This document shows, in pieces, positions 17,709 to 26,608 of a stretch of 32,000 bases of DNA. The stretch is from an uncultured Erysipelotrichaceae bacterium (GTDB lineage Bacteria; Bacillota_I; Bacilli_A; Erysipelotrichales; Erysipelotrichaceae): the NCBI GenBank assembly GCA_942493105.1, contig OW818668.1:660001-692000 (forward strand), given 5' to 3'. Under the pieces are notes generated by a model. That model saw only the letters and a program-made list of their open reading frames with translations. It did no database searches and was not told the DNA's origin. How positions within the stretch are numbered: the first letter of the stretch is position 1; every line of letters begins with the position of its first letter. Position numbers and translations under genes: made by a program.

Positions 17709-18767
17709 ATGGCAAAAATAGATGAAGTCACCCGCGAATCTTGGATCCTGAGTTCATTTCCTGAATGGGGAACTTGGCTTAATGAAGAGATCGACCAAGA
17801 AGTCGTTGAAAAAGGCAAACTCGCCATGTGGTGGTTGGGTTGTGTCGGCATTTGGTTTAAAACTGAAAACAACACCAACATCGTTATCGACGCATGGTTC
17901 GGTAATGGTAAACGTACAAGAAAAGTCCAAGAGATGGCACCTTTCCATCAAATGAGAAACATGACAGGCGGAAAACTGCTTCAGCCTAACTTGAGAGGCG
18001 TTCAGATCGTTTATGACCCCTTCTCTGTTACAACTGTCGATGCGGTTCTCTCTACGCATTATCATGCAGATCATATCGATATGAATATGGCTGCAGCCGT
18101 CTTACAAAATGTTAAAGCAAAAGTTCCGTTCATCGGACCTAAGAAGAGTGTTGAGATTTGGCGTAAATGGGGCGTACCTGAAGATCAATTGGTCACGGTT
18201 AGACCAGGCGACGTCATTAAAATCAAAGATACAGAAATCGTTGTCTTGGATTCCTTCGACAGAACCTGTTTGGTTACAGCTGATGAAGACATCCGAGGTG
18301 TATGTCCTACCGATATGGATGATAAAGCGGTCAATTTCTTGATCAAAACACCAGGTGGTAATGTTTATCATTCTGGAGATTCCCATTATTCAATTTATTA
18401 TGCAAAACATGGTAAAGATCATAAGATCGATGTGGCTTTTGGTTCTTACGGTGAAAATCCTGTCGGTAATCAAGACAAGATGACTTCCATCGATATCCTA
18501 AGAATGGCTGAAGCTCTGCAAACCAAAGTCGTTATTCCTTTGCATTATGATGTTTGGACCAACTTTAAAGCAGATCCTGCTGAAATACTGATGTTGTATG
18601 ATTTCAAGAAATACACCTTGCAGTATCAATTCAAACCGTTTGTTTGGGATGTCGGCGGCAAATTTATTTATCCAGATGATGCCGATAAACGTCAATTCCA
18701 CTTCCGCAGAGGCTTCGAAGATGCCTTCTCAGAAGAACCGAACGTACCGTTCAGATCGATCTTGTAA
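17709..18767 (+). CDS. ulaG: L-ascorbate-6-phosphate lactonase (metallo-beta-lactamase fold)
   Basis: The N-terminus [25 protein letters not shown]...[16 protein letters not shown] is nearly colinear with E. coli UlaG ([25 protein letters not shown]...FAMWWLGCTGIWLKSE). The HYHADH metal motif is present. Confidence 0.92.
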   Translation: MAKIDEVTRESWILSSFPEWGTWLNEEIDQEVVEKGKLAMWWLGCVGIWFKTENNTNIVIDAWFGNGKRTRKVQEMAPFHQMRNMTGGKLLQPNLRGVQIVYDPFSVTTVDAVLSTHYHADHIDMNMAAAVLQNVKAKVPFIGPKKSVEIWRKWGVPEDQLVTVRPGDVIKIKDTEIVVLDSFDRTCLVTADEDIRGVCPTDMDDKAVNFLIKTPGGNVYHSGDSHYSIYYAKHGKDHKIDVAFGSYGENPVGNQDKMTSIDILRMAEALQTKVVIPLHYDVWTNFKADPAEILMLYDFKKYTLQYQFKPFVWDVGGKFIYPDDADKRQFHFRRGFEDAFSEEPNVPFRSIL

Positions 18768-18768
18768 T

Positions 18769-19221
18769 ATGCTTAAAACTTTCGTTGAAAAGAAGCATAC
18801 CTGTTATCATCAAAGTTTTCCGGATTGGGAAACGGCCATTCAAGCCAGTTGTGTTCCATTACTAAACGACAACACCATTACTCAAAAGTATGTGGATCTT
18901 GTCATCAAATGTGTTAAAGATTATGGGCCGTATATCGTTATTGCCCCAAACATTGCGATGCCTCATTCAACCGAAGGGGCTGAAGGGGTCAATGATACAG
19001 CGATCAGTTTTATGAAAGTTGAAGAACCTGTGCATTTCGATCTCAACGATCCTGAAAAAGATGCCCGCTTGTTCTTTGTATTAGCTTCAGTCAATCATGA
19101 TAAGCACTTAGAAAACATGATGGCTTTGGCTGAAATGTTGATGAATGATGATGTAGTCAGTGCATTACTTGATGCCAAGAATGATGAAGATCTCTTGCGT
19201 ATCCAAAAACAGTATTTATAA
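18769..19221 (+). CDS. ulaC: PTS ascorbate-family EIIA component
   Basis: GPYIVIAPNIAMPHSTEGAEGV matches UlaC [21 protein letters not shown], including the phosphorylatable His. The start at 18769 lies 2 nt after the ulaG stop. The ORF-track start at 18598 lies inside ulaG. Confidence 0.85.
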   Translation: MLKTFVEKKHTCYHQSFPDWETAIQASCVPLLNDNTITQKYVDLVIKCVKDYGPYIVIAPNIAMPHSTEGAEGVNDTAISFMKVEEPVHFDLNDPEKDARLFFVLASVNHDKHLENMMALAEMLMNDDVVSALLDAKNDEDLLRIQKQYL

Positions 19222-19267
19222 GAACATGAGTTCTTTATAAATAAGAAAAAAGGAAAGGAGAATATTT

Positions 19268-20740
19268 ATGGATATTATCATTAAAGGTTGGACGTTCTTT
19301 GCAACGAACATCCTGACTGTTCCGGCTTACTTTATCGGGTTGATCGTTGTAGTGGGCTATGTTCTACTGAGAAAACCTTGGTACGAAGTATTGGCTGGAT
19401 TCATCAAAGCCACAGTTGGTTATTTGATTTTGGGGGTTGGTTCAGGGGGCTTGGTCAACAACTTCCGTCCAATCTTGGTTGGATTGAAAGACCGTTTCAA
19501 TCTTACTGCAACTGTTATTGACCCATATTTCGGTCAAGCAGCTGTAACTGCTGGGTTACAAGCGATGGGGAAATCGTTCTCAGCTGTTATGGTTCTCTTG
19601 CTTATTGCTTTCATTTTAAACATCGTATTAGTCGCTTTGAAGAAATGGACCAAACTGCGCTCCATCTTCACCACAGGACATGTACAGCTTCAACAAGCTT
19701 CTACAGCGTTCTGGTTGATTTTGTTTGTTTTCCCAGCATTGCAGGAAACACAATACTTAATCATCATGGGCTTAGTATTGGGCGTTTATTGGGCCGTTGG
19801 TTCAAACTTGACCGTAGAATATACACAAGATTTAACTGAAGGCGCTGGCTTCTGTGTTGCCCACCAACAGATGTTTGGTATCGCATTATTCTCAGAATTA
19901 TCAAAGAAGATGTTTGGTAAAAACAAGAAGAGACTTGAAGATCTTGAATTGCCAGGTTTCTTATCGATCTTTAATGAAAACATGGTCGCTACTGCTATCT
20001 TGATGACCTTATTCTTCGGAGTCATCTTGTTGGTTTTAGGTCAACCATACTTGGTAGAAAAGAAATTCTTAGCAGCTACTGCTTCATTCCCATTCTATAT
20101 CTTGACCACATCCTTGAATTTCGCTGTTTACTTGGCGATCTTACAATTGGGCGTTCGTACATTCGTTACCGAATTGACCAATTCTTTCCAAGGAATCTCG
20201 ACACGTTTATTGCCAGGAGCTGTTGCTGGTATTGACGTAGCTGCAACTTATGGATTTGGTTCTCCAAATGCCGTTACCATTGGATTCTTGTTTGGTGCCA
20301 TTGGACAATTCTTGGCGATCGTGAGTTTGATTTGGTTGAAGAGCCCAGTCTTGATCGTTGCCGGTTTCGTTCCTGTCTTCTTCGATAATGCCACCATCGC
20401 TGTATTCGCCAACAATAAAGGCGGAGTTAAAGCAGCTATGCTGATGCCGTTTATCGCTGGCTTATGCCAAGTTTACGGATCTGCAATCATTGCATCATTC
20501 GTTGGATTGACTGCTTACGGCGGTTACCTTGGTATGTGGGACTGGGCAGTTATTTGGCCAGCCTTCACCTTCTTCTTACATTTCATGGCTCAATACGGAG
20601 ACATCGTCGGTTTCGTCGGTGTTGGTATCATCGTTATTGGGATGTTGGCTATTCCTCAGATCCAGTATGCTCGTCATAAAGACACATACTTCTTGGTCAC
20701 AGAAGATTATCCAGCTTACTTAGCAAAAGTTAACAAATAG
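19268..20740 (+). CDS. ulaA: PTS ascorbate-family EIIC permease
   Basis: 490-aa polytopic protein preceded by GGAAAGGAG. It has the UlaA/SgaT-like N-terminus (IL..PAYFIGLIVVVGYVLL...) and sits between the EIIA and EIIB genes. Confidence 0.9.
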   Translation: MDIIIKGWTFFATNILTVPAYFIGLIVVVGYVLLRKPWYEVLAGFIKATVGYLILGVGSGGLVNNFRPILVGLKDRFNLTATVIDPYFGQAAVTAGLQAMGKSFSAVMVLLLIAFILNIVLVALKKWTKLRSIFTTGHVQLQQASTAFWLILFVFPALQETQYLIIMGLVLGVYWAVGSNLTVEYTQDLTEGAGFCVAHQQMFGIALFSELSKKMFGKNKKRLEDLELPGFLSIFNENMVATAILMTLFFGVILLVLGQPYLVEKKFLAATASFPFYILTTSLNFAVYLAILQLGVRTFVTELTNSFQGISTRLLPGAVAGIDVAATYGFGSPNAVTIGFLFGAIGQFLAIVSLIWLKSPVLIVAGFVPVFFDNATIAVFANNKGGVKAAMLMPFIAGLCQVYGSAIIASFVGLTAYGGYLGMWDWAVIWPAFTFFLHFMAQYGDIVGFVGVGIIVIGMLAIPQIQYARHKDTYFLVTEDYPAYLAKVNK

Positions 20741-20773
20741 TCTTATAATAATGACAACAAAGGAGGATTAATT

Positions 20774-21076
20774 ATGAAAGTGTTAGTATCCTGTGCCAAC
20801 GGTGCCGGAACAAGTCTAATGATGAAGATGAGAGTTGAGAAGGCTTTTAAGGATTTAAACGTCCCGCTTACAAAACTCCATCACTGTTCCATTTCGGAAG
20901 GCAAGAGTTCTGCCACTACCTACGATGCTGTCTTCTGTCCGTTAAATTTCGTTTCGATGTTTAAAGACGCTGAAGCTAAAGGGGTTATCATCATTGGTTT
21001 GAAGAATGTTCTTTCCGATGCGGAAGCCAAAGAGAAGATCTTAGCCAGCGGACTTCTAGAAAAGTTTAAAAAGTAA
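20774..21076 (+). CDS. ulaB: PTS ascorbate-family EIIB component
   Basis: 100 aa. MKVLVSCANGAGTSLMMKMRVE corresponds to UlaB [20 protein letters not shown], including the active-site Cys. Confidence 0.85.
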   Translation: MKVLVSCANGAGTSLMMKMRVEKAFKDLNVPLTKLHHCSISEGKSSATTYDAVFCPLNFVSMFKDAEAKGVIIIGLKNVLSDAEAKEKILASGLLEKFKK

Positions 21077-21110
21077 CAAATACCGGGCTAATACCCCGGT
21101 ATTTGTTTAT
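21077..21110 (+). terminator. Intra-operon rho-independent terminator-like hairpin after ulaB
   Basis: The 11-bp perfect stem caaataccggg (21077-21087) pairs with cccggtatttg (21095-21105) around a 7-nt loop, followed by tttat. The U-tract is short and interrupted. Confidence 0.5.
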
Positions 21111-21131
21111 CTTATCCATAAGGAGAAAACT

Positions 21132-22157
21132 ATGAAAGTACAAAAAATTCACTTAGATGAGATGTTTCGTTGTTATGCGACATCAGCCATTACGTTAGAT
21201 GATCAACTTCATCTCTTTTATGCCAGCGAAGAAAAAGATTATCCTTGCTTTGCTTATAGCGGTAAGGATTTTAAAGATAAAAAAGTTGTTTGGGAAAAAG
21301 GCGGAGGAACCATGTCGATGATTCCGATTCCCGGACGCAAGAATCAGTTTTTGGCTGTCAATGGGTTCTATTTAAAAGAAACACCCAGTGGTGCACATTT
21401 GACATGGGTCACTTATGATAAACAAAAAGGGTTTATTTTAAAAGATATTCTGCATTTGCCTTATCTGCATCGTTTTGACCTTTATGAATCACAAGGGAAA
21501 GTTTACTTTGTTGGGGCAACCATTGCAGAAAGCAAAGAGCATAAAGAAGACTGGAGTAAAGCAGGCAAGATCTATGTAGCTGAGTTGCCAAAAGATCTCA
21601 ATGAAACACTAAATCTTAAAATCATCGCAGAAGGAATGTTCCGTAATCATGGTTATACCCGTTCACACCAAAATGATGGTGGTTATTTTACATCTGACCA
21701 AGGTATTTTTAAAGTAACTATTCCAGATCATTTAGGAAACTGGAAAGTAGAAAAGATCCTTAATAAACCAGTTGGAGAAATAGCGGTCATCGACATCGAC
21801 AATGATGGCCAAGAAGAATTGATGACGATTGAACCTTTCCACGGAAATGTGATCAAGATCTATAAGAAAATCAATGACACCTATAAAGATGTTTACAGTT
21901 ATCCTTACGTGATCGATTTTGCGCATACTTTGGTTGGCGCTAGAATCAGAGGTGTCAATAGTTTTATTGGTGGAGTACGCCGGGAAGCATCTGATCTATT
22001 CATGGTTCAATTCATCAATGGTAAGTTTGAAACAACATTGATTGATAAAGGTGTAGGTCCTGCTAATCTTAATGTGGTCAATTTAGAGGATTGTGATTTG
22101 ATTCATTCCAGTAATCATACTCAAAATGAAGCTGCGGTCTACGTGATCACAGACTAG
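21132..22157 (+). CDS. Uncharacterised protein, beta-propeller / FG-GAP-like signature (gene X of the ula operon)
   Basis: AAGGAGA RBS. 341 aa, with no TM helix or signal peptide. It has repeated beta-strand-rich segments and a calcium-loop-like [21 protein letters not shown] motif of FG-GAP/VCBS type. It shows no similarity to the OMP-decarboxylase-fold UlaD. Confidence 0.65.
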   Translation: MKVQKIHLDEMFRCYATSAITLDDQLHLFYASEEKDYPCFAYSGKDFKDKKVVWEKGGGTMSMIPIPGRKNQFLAVNGFYLKETPSGAHLTWVTYDKQKGFILKDILHLPYLHRFDLYESQGKVYFVGATIAESKEHKEDWSKAGKIYVAELPKDLNETLNLKIIAEGMFRNHGYTRSHQNDGGYFTSDQGIFKVTIPDHLGNWKVEKILNKPVGEIAVIDIDNDGQEELMTIEPFHGNVIKIYKKINDTYKDVYSYPYVIDFAHTLVGARIRGVNSFIGGVRREASDLFMVQFINGKFETTLIDKGVGPANLNVVNLEDCDLIHSSNHTQNEAAVYVITD

Positions 22158-22165
22158 GAGCCACT

Positions 22166-22861
22166 ATGCTAGAAAAACTTAAACAAGATGTCTTAGAAGC
22201 AAACTTACTTTTACCTAAATCAGGATTGGTTGTCTTTACTTGGGGTAATGTATCAGCCATCGATCGAGAAGCAGGCATCATCGCCATTAAGCCATCAGGA
22301 GTCGAATATGATGTCTTAAAGGTTGAGGATATCGTACTGGTCGATCTATCTGGAAAAGTCGTAGAAGGGCACTACAAGCCCAGCAGTGACACAGATACCC
22401 ATCTTGAACTCTATCGAAATTTCCCGGATATCAAAGGAGTCGTGCATACACACTCTCGTTGGGCAACTATTTATGCTCAGGCCAAATGTGGCATCCCTGC
22501 CTATGGAACCACTCATGGCGATTATTTCTATGGAGAGATCCCTTGCACAAGACTCATGAGTACTCAAGAAATTGAAGGGGATTATGAACTCAATACAGGG
22601 AAAGTTATTGTAGAAACATTTAAAGCTAAAAAAATAGATCCGAATTATGTACCCGGTGTTGTCGTTGCCAGTCATGGTCCTTTCACTTGGGGGAAAAGTG
22701 CAATAGATGCCGTCCATCAAGCTGTTGTCATGGAAGAAGTTGCAATGATGGCATGGCATGTTCAAACAATGAATCCAGAAATCACGCCTATGCAACAAGT
22801 CCTACTCGATAAACACTTTCTAAGAAAACATGGAAAGAATGCTTATTATGGACAAAAATAA
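22166..22861 (+). CDS. ulaF: L-ribulose-5-phosphate 4-epimerase (class II aldolase fold)
   Basis: 231 aa. [31 protein letters not shown]...IKPSGVEYD...[13 protein letters not shown]...GVVHTHS is the AraD/UlaF/SgbE signature. Confidence 0.92.
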   Translation: MLEKLKQDVLEANLLLPKSGLVVFTWGNVSAIDREAGIIAIKPSGVEYDVLKVEDIVLVDLSGKVVEGHYKPSSDTDTHLELYRNFPDIKGVVHTHSRWATIYAQAKCGIPAYGTTHGDYFYGEIPCTRLMSTQEIEGDYELNTGKVIVETFKAKKIDPNYVPGVVVASHGPFTWGKSAIDAVHQAVVMEEVAMMAWHVQTMNPEITPMQQVLLDKHFLRKHGKNAYYGQK

Positions 22862-23693
22862 GTCGTATCAGCTGGGTCTTTATGAGAAAGCATTGCCTTC
22901 AAACTTAACTTGGGAAGAAAAATTAAGTGCTGCTAAAGTTAGTGGTTTTGATTATCTTGAAATCAGTGTTGATGAATCAGCCGAAAAACTATCAAGACTA
23001 GATGATGAAAAGATTGTTGAAGAAATTCAAGCAGCCATCAAGAATACAGGGATTCCTATACTGTCTCTATGTTTAAGTGGTCATCGTAAGTATCCTTTAG
23101 GATCTCACGATGAAAACATCAGAGCCAAATCATTAGAAATCATGGAGAAGGCGTGTATCTTAGCTGTAAAGTTAGGGGTCCGTTATATCCAGTTGGCAGG
23201 CTATGATGTGTACTATGAAGATCATGATGAATCGACTCAACTCGAATTTGAAAAGAATCTGAAGAAATGTGTCAAATTGGCTTCAAAATATGGCGTTATC
23301 TTAGCCTTTGAAACTATGGAAACACTGTTTATGGATACCGTTAAAAAAGCCATGAGATATGTTGATCAAAACAACTCACCTTATCTTCAAGTCTATCCAG
23401 ATGTTGGGAATTTGACCAACGCATCACGCATCTCCAAGATCAGTGTTGAGGATGATTTATATAGCGGTAGAGGGCATATCGTTGCGGCACACCTAAAAGA
23501 AATCATTGAAGGTCATTATCGCGATATTCCATTTTCAACCGGTGACACTCATTATAAAGAAGCTGTGCGTGAACTAAAAAAACAAGGGGTTGCCTTGTTT
23601 GTAGGAGAGTTTTGGTTTATTGGTAGTCCAACTTGGAAAGAAGATCTCGTATTTGCGAACAATTATCTTAGAAATATCATCGAGACAAATTAG
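22848..23693 (+). CDS. ulaE: L-ribulose-5-phosphate 3-epimerase (L-xylulose-5-P 3-epimerase)
   Basis: LGLYEKALP...[18 protein letters not shown]...[13 protein letters not shown]...[11 protein letters not shown]...YPDVGNL is colinear with E. coli UlaE ([59 protein letters not shown]). The start at 22848 gives the same N-terminal length as UlaE. The in-frame ATG at 22830 is an alternative. Confidence 0.9.
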   Translation: MDKNKSYQLGLYEKALPSNLTWEEKLSAAKVSGFDYLEISVDESAEKLSRLDDEKIVEEIQAAIKNTGIPILSLCLSGHRKYPLGSHDENIRAKSLEIMEKACILAVKLGVRYIQLAGYDVYYEDHDESTQLEFEKNLKKCVKLASKYGVILAFETMETLFMDTVKKAMRYVDQNNSPYLQVYPDVGNLTNASRISKISVEDDLYSGRGHIVAAHLKEIIEGHYRDIPFSTGDTHYKEAVRELKKQGVALFVGEFWFIGSPTWKEDLVFANNYLRNIIETN

Positions 23694-24084
23694 ATTTAAC
23701 CTGATCAAAATAAGAAGATTCAAGCAAATAGGCGACTTGATATTGAAGTGCCAAGTCATATAAAAACTGTTTGATTTCTAAAAGTTCAGTCTCTTCATTT
23801 AACCAAAGACGAAGTTCATTATCAAACTTCGTTTTTTCTTGTGTCGTACAGATTTTTTTAAAGTAACCCCAGACATGCTCAAGGGCTGTTTGTTGATGGC
23901 CTTTATGATCGGGCTGATGTTTCGCGATTTGAATGAGTTCTATATAGGCATGTTCATCTGGCGATGTTTTGTTTTTTAATAAAGACCGTATCTTTTGATA
24001 GGTTGCAGGATCTTTCTCAAGTATTTCATATTTTAAGATCGCCCATTGTTTTTCTAAACGAGCAATAGGTTTTTCATTCATCAT
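23677..24084 (-). CDS. DUF1722 (YbgA-like) domain protein
   Basis: 135 aa. The HVWGYFKK...EK motif and the terminal YLLESSYF resemble the YbgA/DUF1722 pattern (H..GYFKK..s..EK ... YL..Q.Y). The start at 24084 forms an ATGA overlap with the upstream gene's stop. Confidence 0.65.
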   Translation of the reverse strand: MMNEKPIARLEKQWAILKYEILEKDPATYQKIRSLLKNKTSPDEHAYIELIQIAKHQPDHKGHQQTALEHVWGYFKKICTTQEKTKFDNELRLWLNEETELLEIKQFLYDLALQYQVAYLLESSYFDQVKSNLSR

Positions 24085-24893
24085 ATATATCCAACCATCA
24101 TCCATACAAGGAAACCAAATACAGAAACAACGATCACATTGCTTAACAGATTGACCATATTATTATCTAACCATGCAAAGCCATGGATCAGTTTAGCTTG
24201 TTTGTAGTGAGGTGTTTCGATAACGACTAAATGCTCATCAAGATACTTTGCTTGAAACAGTTCTCCTAAAACGCTATCCACGATAGAACCCATAAATCCT
24301 CCAAACCAACACATAAGCGACATTATCAGTAAGTTTATATGATATCCACTAATTAATGACATCATGACTAAATAAGGTAGTGAAATCAAAGCACTGCCCC
24401 ACAATGAAGCCCATAATCCTAGCTTCGTAACCCCTCCAGATAATCCTTTGGTGATATTTTTACGGCTGATCAATCCATATGGAAGATCAGAACTTATTGA
24501 ACCAATTTCAGAGGCCCACGTATCTGAGGTTGAGGCGGCCATAGATAATGCAGCCATAAAGATAAGAAGCTGTGAAGGCGTAAAAAAGTAGATTAGACTA
24601 ATGATTCCTAATAACCCACCATTGGCGAAAACTTGGATCCAGTTTCGTGGTCCATGTTTTACAATCAGTACTTTTCCCGGTATCACAACACCACTTATTT
24701 TCTGAATCATCAGCGATGACATAAAGAAAATCATCAACCATATAAAGAAGATCCAAGATCCAAAGCCATAAATGATCGTTCCTAAAAGTAAGGCACTATA
24801 AAAACCACTTAAGGTCAGTTTCGATTTTCTATAGGCAATAAATGCCACCCCAAAACTTAAAATGAACCCAATGAATAATTGTGTTGTATTCAT
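24081..24893 (-). CDS. DUF92 / TMEM19-family integral membrane protein (the family of plant VTE6 phytyl-phosphate kinase)
   Basis: 270 aa and polytopic, with the family signature SDTWASEIG and a downstream GLSGGVTKLG. ATGA overlaps occur at both ends (24890-24893 and 24081-24084). Confidence 0.72.
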   Translation of the reverse strand: MNTTQLFIGFILSFGVAFIAYRKSKLTLSGFYSALLLGTIIYGFGSWIFFIWLMIFFMSSLMIQKISGVVIPGKVLIVKHGPRNWIQVFANGGLLGIISLIYFFTPSQLLIFMAALSMAASTSDTWASEIGSISSDLPYGLISRKNITKGLSGGVTKLGLWASLWGSALISLPYLVMMSLISGYHINLLIMSLMCWFGGFMGSIVDSVLGELFQAKYLDEHLVVIETPHYKQAKLIHGFAWLDNNMVNLLSNVIVVSVFGFLVWMMVGYI

Positions 24894-25540
24894 AGTATGG
24901 ACAAGATAAAGCTGATTAAGCTTACCAATAAAGGAAGGCTGAGATTATCAATTCCATTTGGTGAAAAAAGCTCAACGACCATGGCTACAACCCCAACAAT
25001 CAAACTTTTTATAAACCAGAAATTTGGTGAATAGATATAAAAGAAAATCCCTGAAATAAAAATACCAAAACCCAATACAACACTGGCACCTTCTATACTT
25101 TTCCCAAACCACAAGCGATGTTTTCCATACTTTCTTCCAATTAATGCCGCAAAACCATCCCCATAACCCATAATCAAGATCCCGATGCCTCCGATATATG
25201 CTAAATCAGCCGCAAATGTTACATAAGTCAAAATCAACAAGGAGATCGCATAATAGACAGTCCCCCATTCTTGTCTACCTGACTTGCGTTCCATGGCTGT
25301 AAAAATTTGTTTCTTCATCGAAAGCGTGTTAATGAAAACAAACATCAATGGGACAAAACTGGCCCATAACGGATCATCAAAAGTCAGCATTGCTAAGATC
25401 CACCAATTGCTGACAGCGATATGAATGAATTTGCGACTGCCTTCATCACTAAGGATCTTTTTCTTATTTAAAATGGTAGAGATCCCAATCGTCATGAAGA
25501 CAAACACAAAGGATAAAACGATACCAATCAGGTTGTTCAT
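24890..25540 (-). CDS. CTP-dependent polyprenol/phytol/dolichol kinase-like membrane protein (VTE5-like, CdsA superfamily)
   Basis: 216 aa. SRKFIHIAV, GYGDGFAALIGRKYGKH..FGKSIEGA and a C-terminal ELFSPNGIDNLSLP match the phytol/dolichol kinase pattern (RK.vH., GDG.A..iG...G, KS.EGS, E....DN..vP). The start at 25540 is preceded by AAGGAGA. The ORF-track start at 25558 has no RBS. Confidence 0.7.
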   Translation of the reverse strand: MNNLIGIVLSFVFVFMTIGISTILNKKKILSDEGSRKFIHIAVSNWWILAMLTFDDPLWASFVPLMFVFINTLSMKKQIFTAMERKSGRQEWGTVYYAISLLILTYVTFAADLAYIGGIGILIMGYGDGFAALIGRKYGKHRLWFGKSIEGASVVLGFGIFISGIFFYIYSPNFWFIKSLIVGVVAMVVELFSPNGIDNLSLPLLVSLISFILSIL

Positions 25541-25591
25541 GAGATCTCCTTTCCACACTCAACTAATGACTTCGACATATATTTCTTACAA

Positions 25592-26542
25592 TCAAAGATA
25601 GCCTTCTATTTCAATGCCGCAATGATCAGAACTGAGATTAAGATCAGACTGACCCTTTTGAGTCAAAATGAGCTCAATGCTTCCCCCAAGACCTTCCTTG
25701 ATGGTTTTGATCATACTGCCTAAGTGAGGCGATCTGAGTTCTCCGCTGACTGGAATATGGGCAAGCACTTTTAGAATTGTTGAACCTTTTTTGAGTGCAA
25801 ATTCAAAACCATCTTCTGTCTTCTTTAAAGAAGTCATCTTAGAAAAGGTATAGGTCGCAAAACGATATCGTTTATGAGGCAAATCCAGTTGGCAAATCAA
25901 ACCTTCAAAAGAAAGTCCTAAAAAAGGAATATGGGCGATACTGGCCATAAAACTTGTTTTTGGGTCTTTAAAATGATTGCCTTGAATCCAGATGTATTTC
26001 TTTGGAAATGATCTTCCCCAGTCTTTTTCAATATAACCTCGTTCTTGTTTAAAGGTATAAAGATGATGATTGATGTTTAAGGTCCCGTTAACGTGATGGT
26101 TCATACTGATGACCCCATGATTACATTCCATATTGGGAATATAGGCAAAAGGACCCATGATGTTGGGCATTAAGGGTTTATGTTCAAGGGTTTGATGATT
26201 TGTATAATATAAGATCCCATCGATGATCAAGCCTTCTTGGTGTAAATGAAGTTCTAATTCATGTAGACTAAAACGATTTTTATCTAAAGTGAATCCTTCC
26301 CCATCAACTTTAAAGGCGTCTAGAGGAAATTTATAATAGGCTGTAGATAAAGGATTTGACTGTATGACTTGTACAAAACTATGCGGATCTTGTTTACCAG
26401 TACTGATCCCAAAAATAAAACTGATGGTTTTGTCTTGTTCGAGATGAACCTGTTTAAAATACCAGCCTTCGAAATAATTGGGTTTGGTCAATGATCCTTG
26501 AAGTTGAAACGGATGTTTGATCTTAGAAAGTGTGCTCTTCAT
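25592..26542 (-). CDS. Tocopherol cyclase (VTE1) family protein
   Basis: 316 aa. The N-terminal NYFEGWYFKQV and the internal ERGYIEKDWGRSFPKKYIWIQGNHF line up with my recollection of Arabidopsis VTE1 ([32 protein letters not shown]). No signal peptide or TM helix. Confidence 0.75.
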   Translation of the reverse strand: MKSTLSKIKHPFQLQGSLTKPNYFEGWYFKQVHLEQDKTISFIFGISTGKQDPHSFVQVIQSNPLSTAYYKFPLDAFKVDGEGFTLDKNRFSLHELELHLHQEGLIIDGILYYTNHQTLEHKPLMPNIMGPFAYIPNMECNHGVISMNHHVNGTLNINHHLYTFKQERGYIEKDWGRSFPKKYIWIQGNHFKDPKTSFMASIAHIPFLGLSFEGLICQLDLPHKRYRFATYTFSKMTSLKKTEDGFEFALKKGSTILKVLAHIPVSGELRSPHLGSMIKTIKEGLGGSIELILTQKGQSDLNLSSDHCGIEIEGYL

Positions 26543-26608
26543 GAGAATATTATACCTAAAAAGCGTTCGTTTTGATTTTAGAATGCATATAAGGTATAAA
26601 TAAGATAC

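Noticed and set aside
18598-18768. Upstream extension of ulaC (ORF-track start at 18598)
   Set aside because: The extension overlaps the 3' end of ulaG in another frame. The EIIA homology starts at MLKTF (18769).
19288-20723. Several 64-79-aa ORFs in alternative frames and on the opposite strand within ulaA (19288, 19645, 19786, 20464, 20529)
   Set aside because: They lie inside a confidently assigned EIIC gene. They most likely reflect the codon bias and slightly higher GC of this gene, which lowers off-frame stop density. I could not quantify GC by eye, so I make no horizontal-transfer claim.
21132-22157. Calling gene X the missing UlaD decarboxylase outright
   Set aside because: It has no OMP-decarboxylase/TIM-barrel signature and is about 120 aa longer than UlaD. 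The link is positional only, so it is reported as a hypothesis rather than an annotation.
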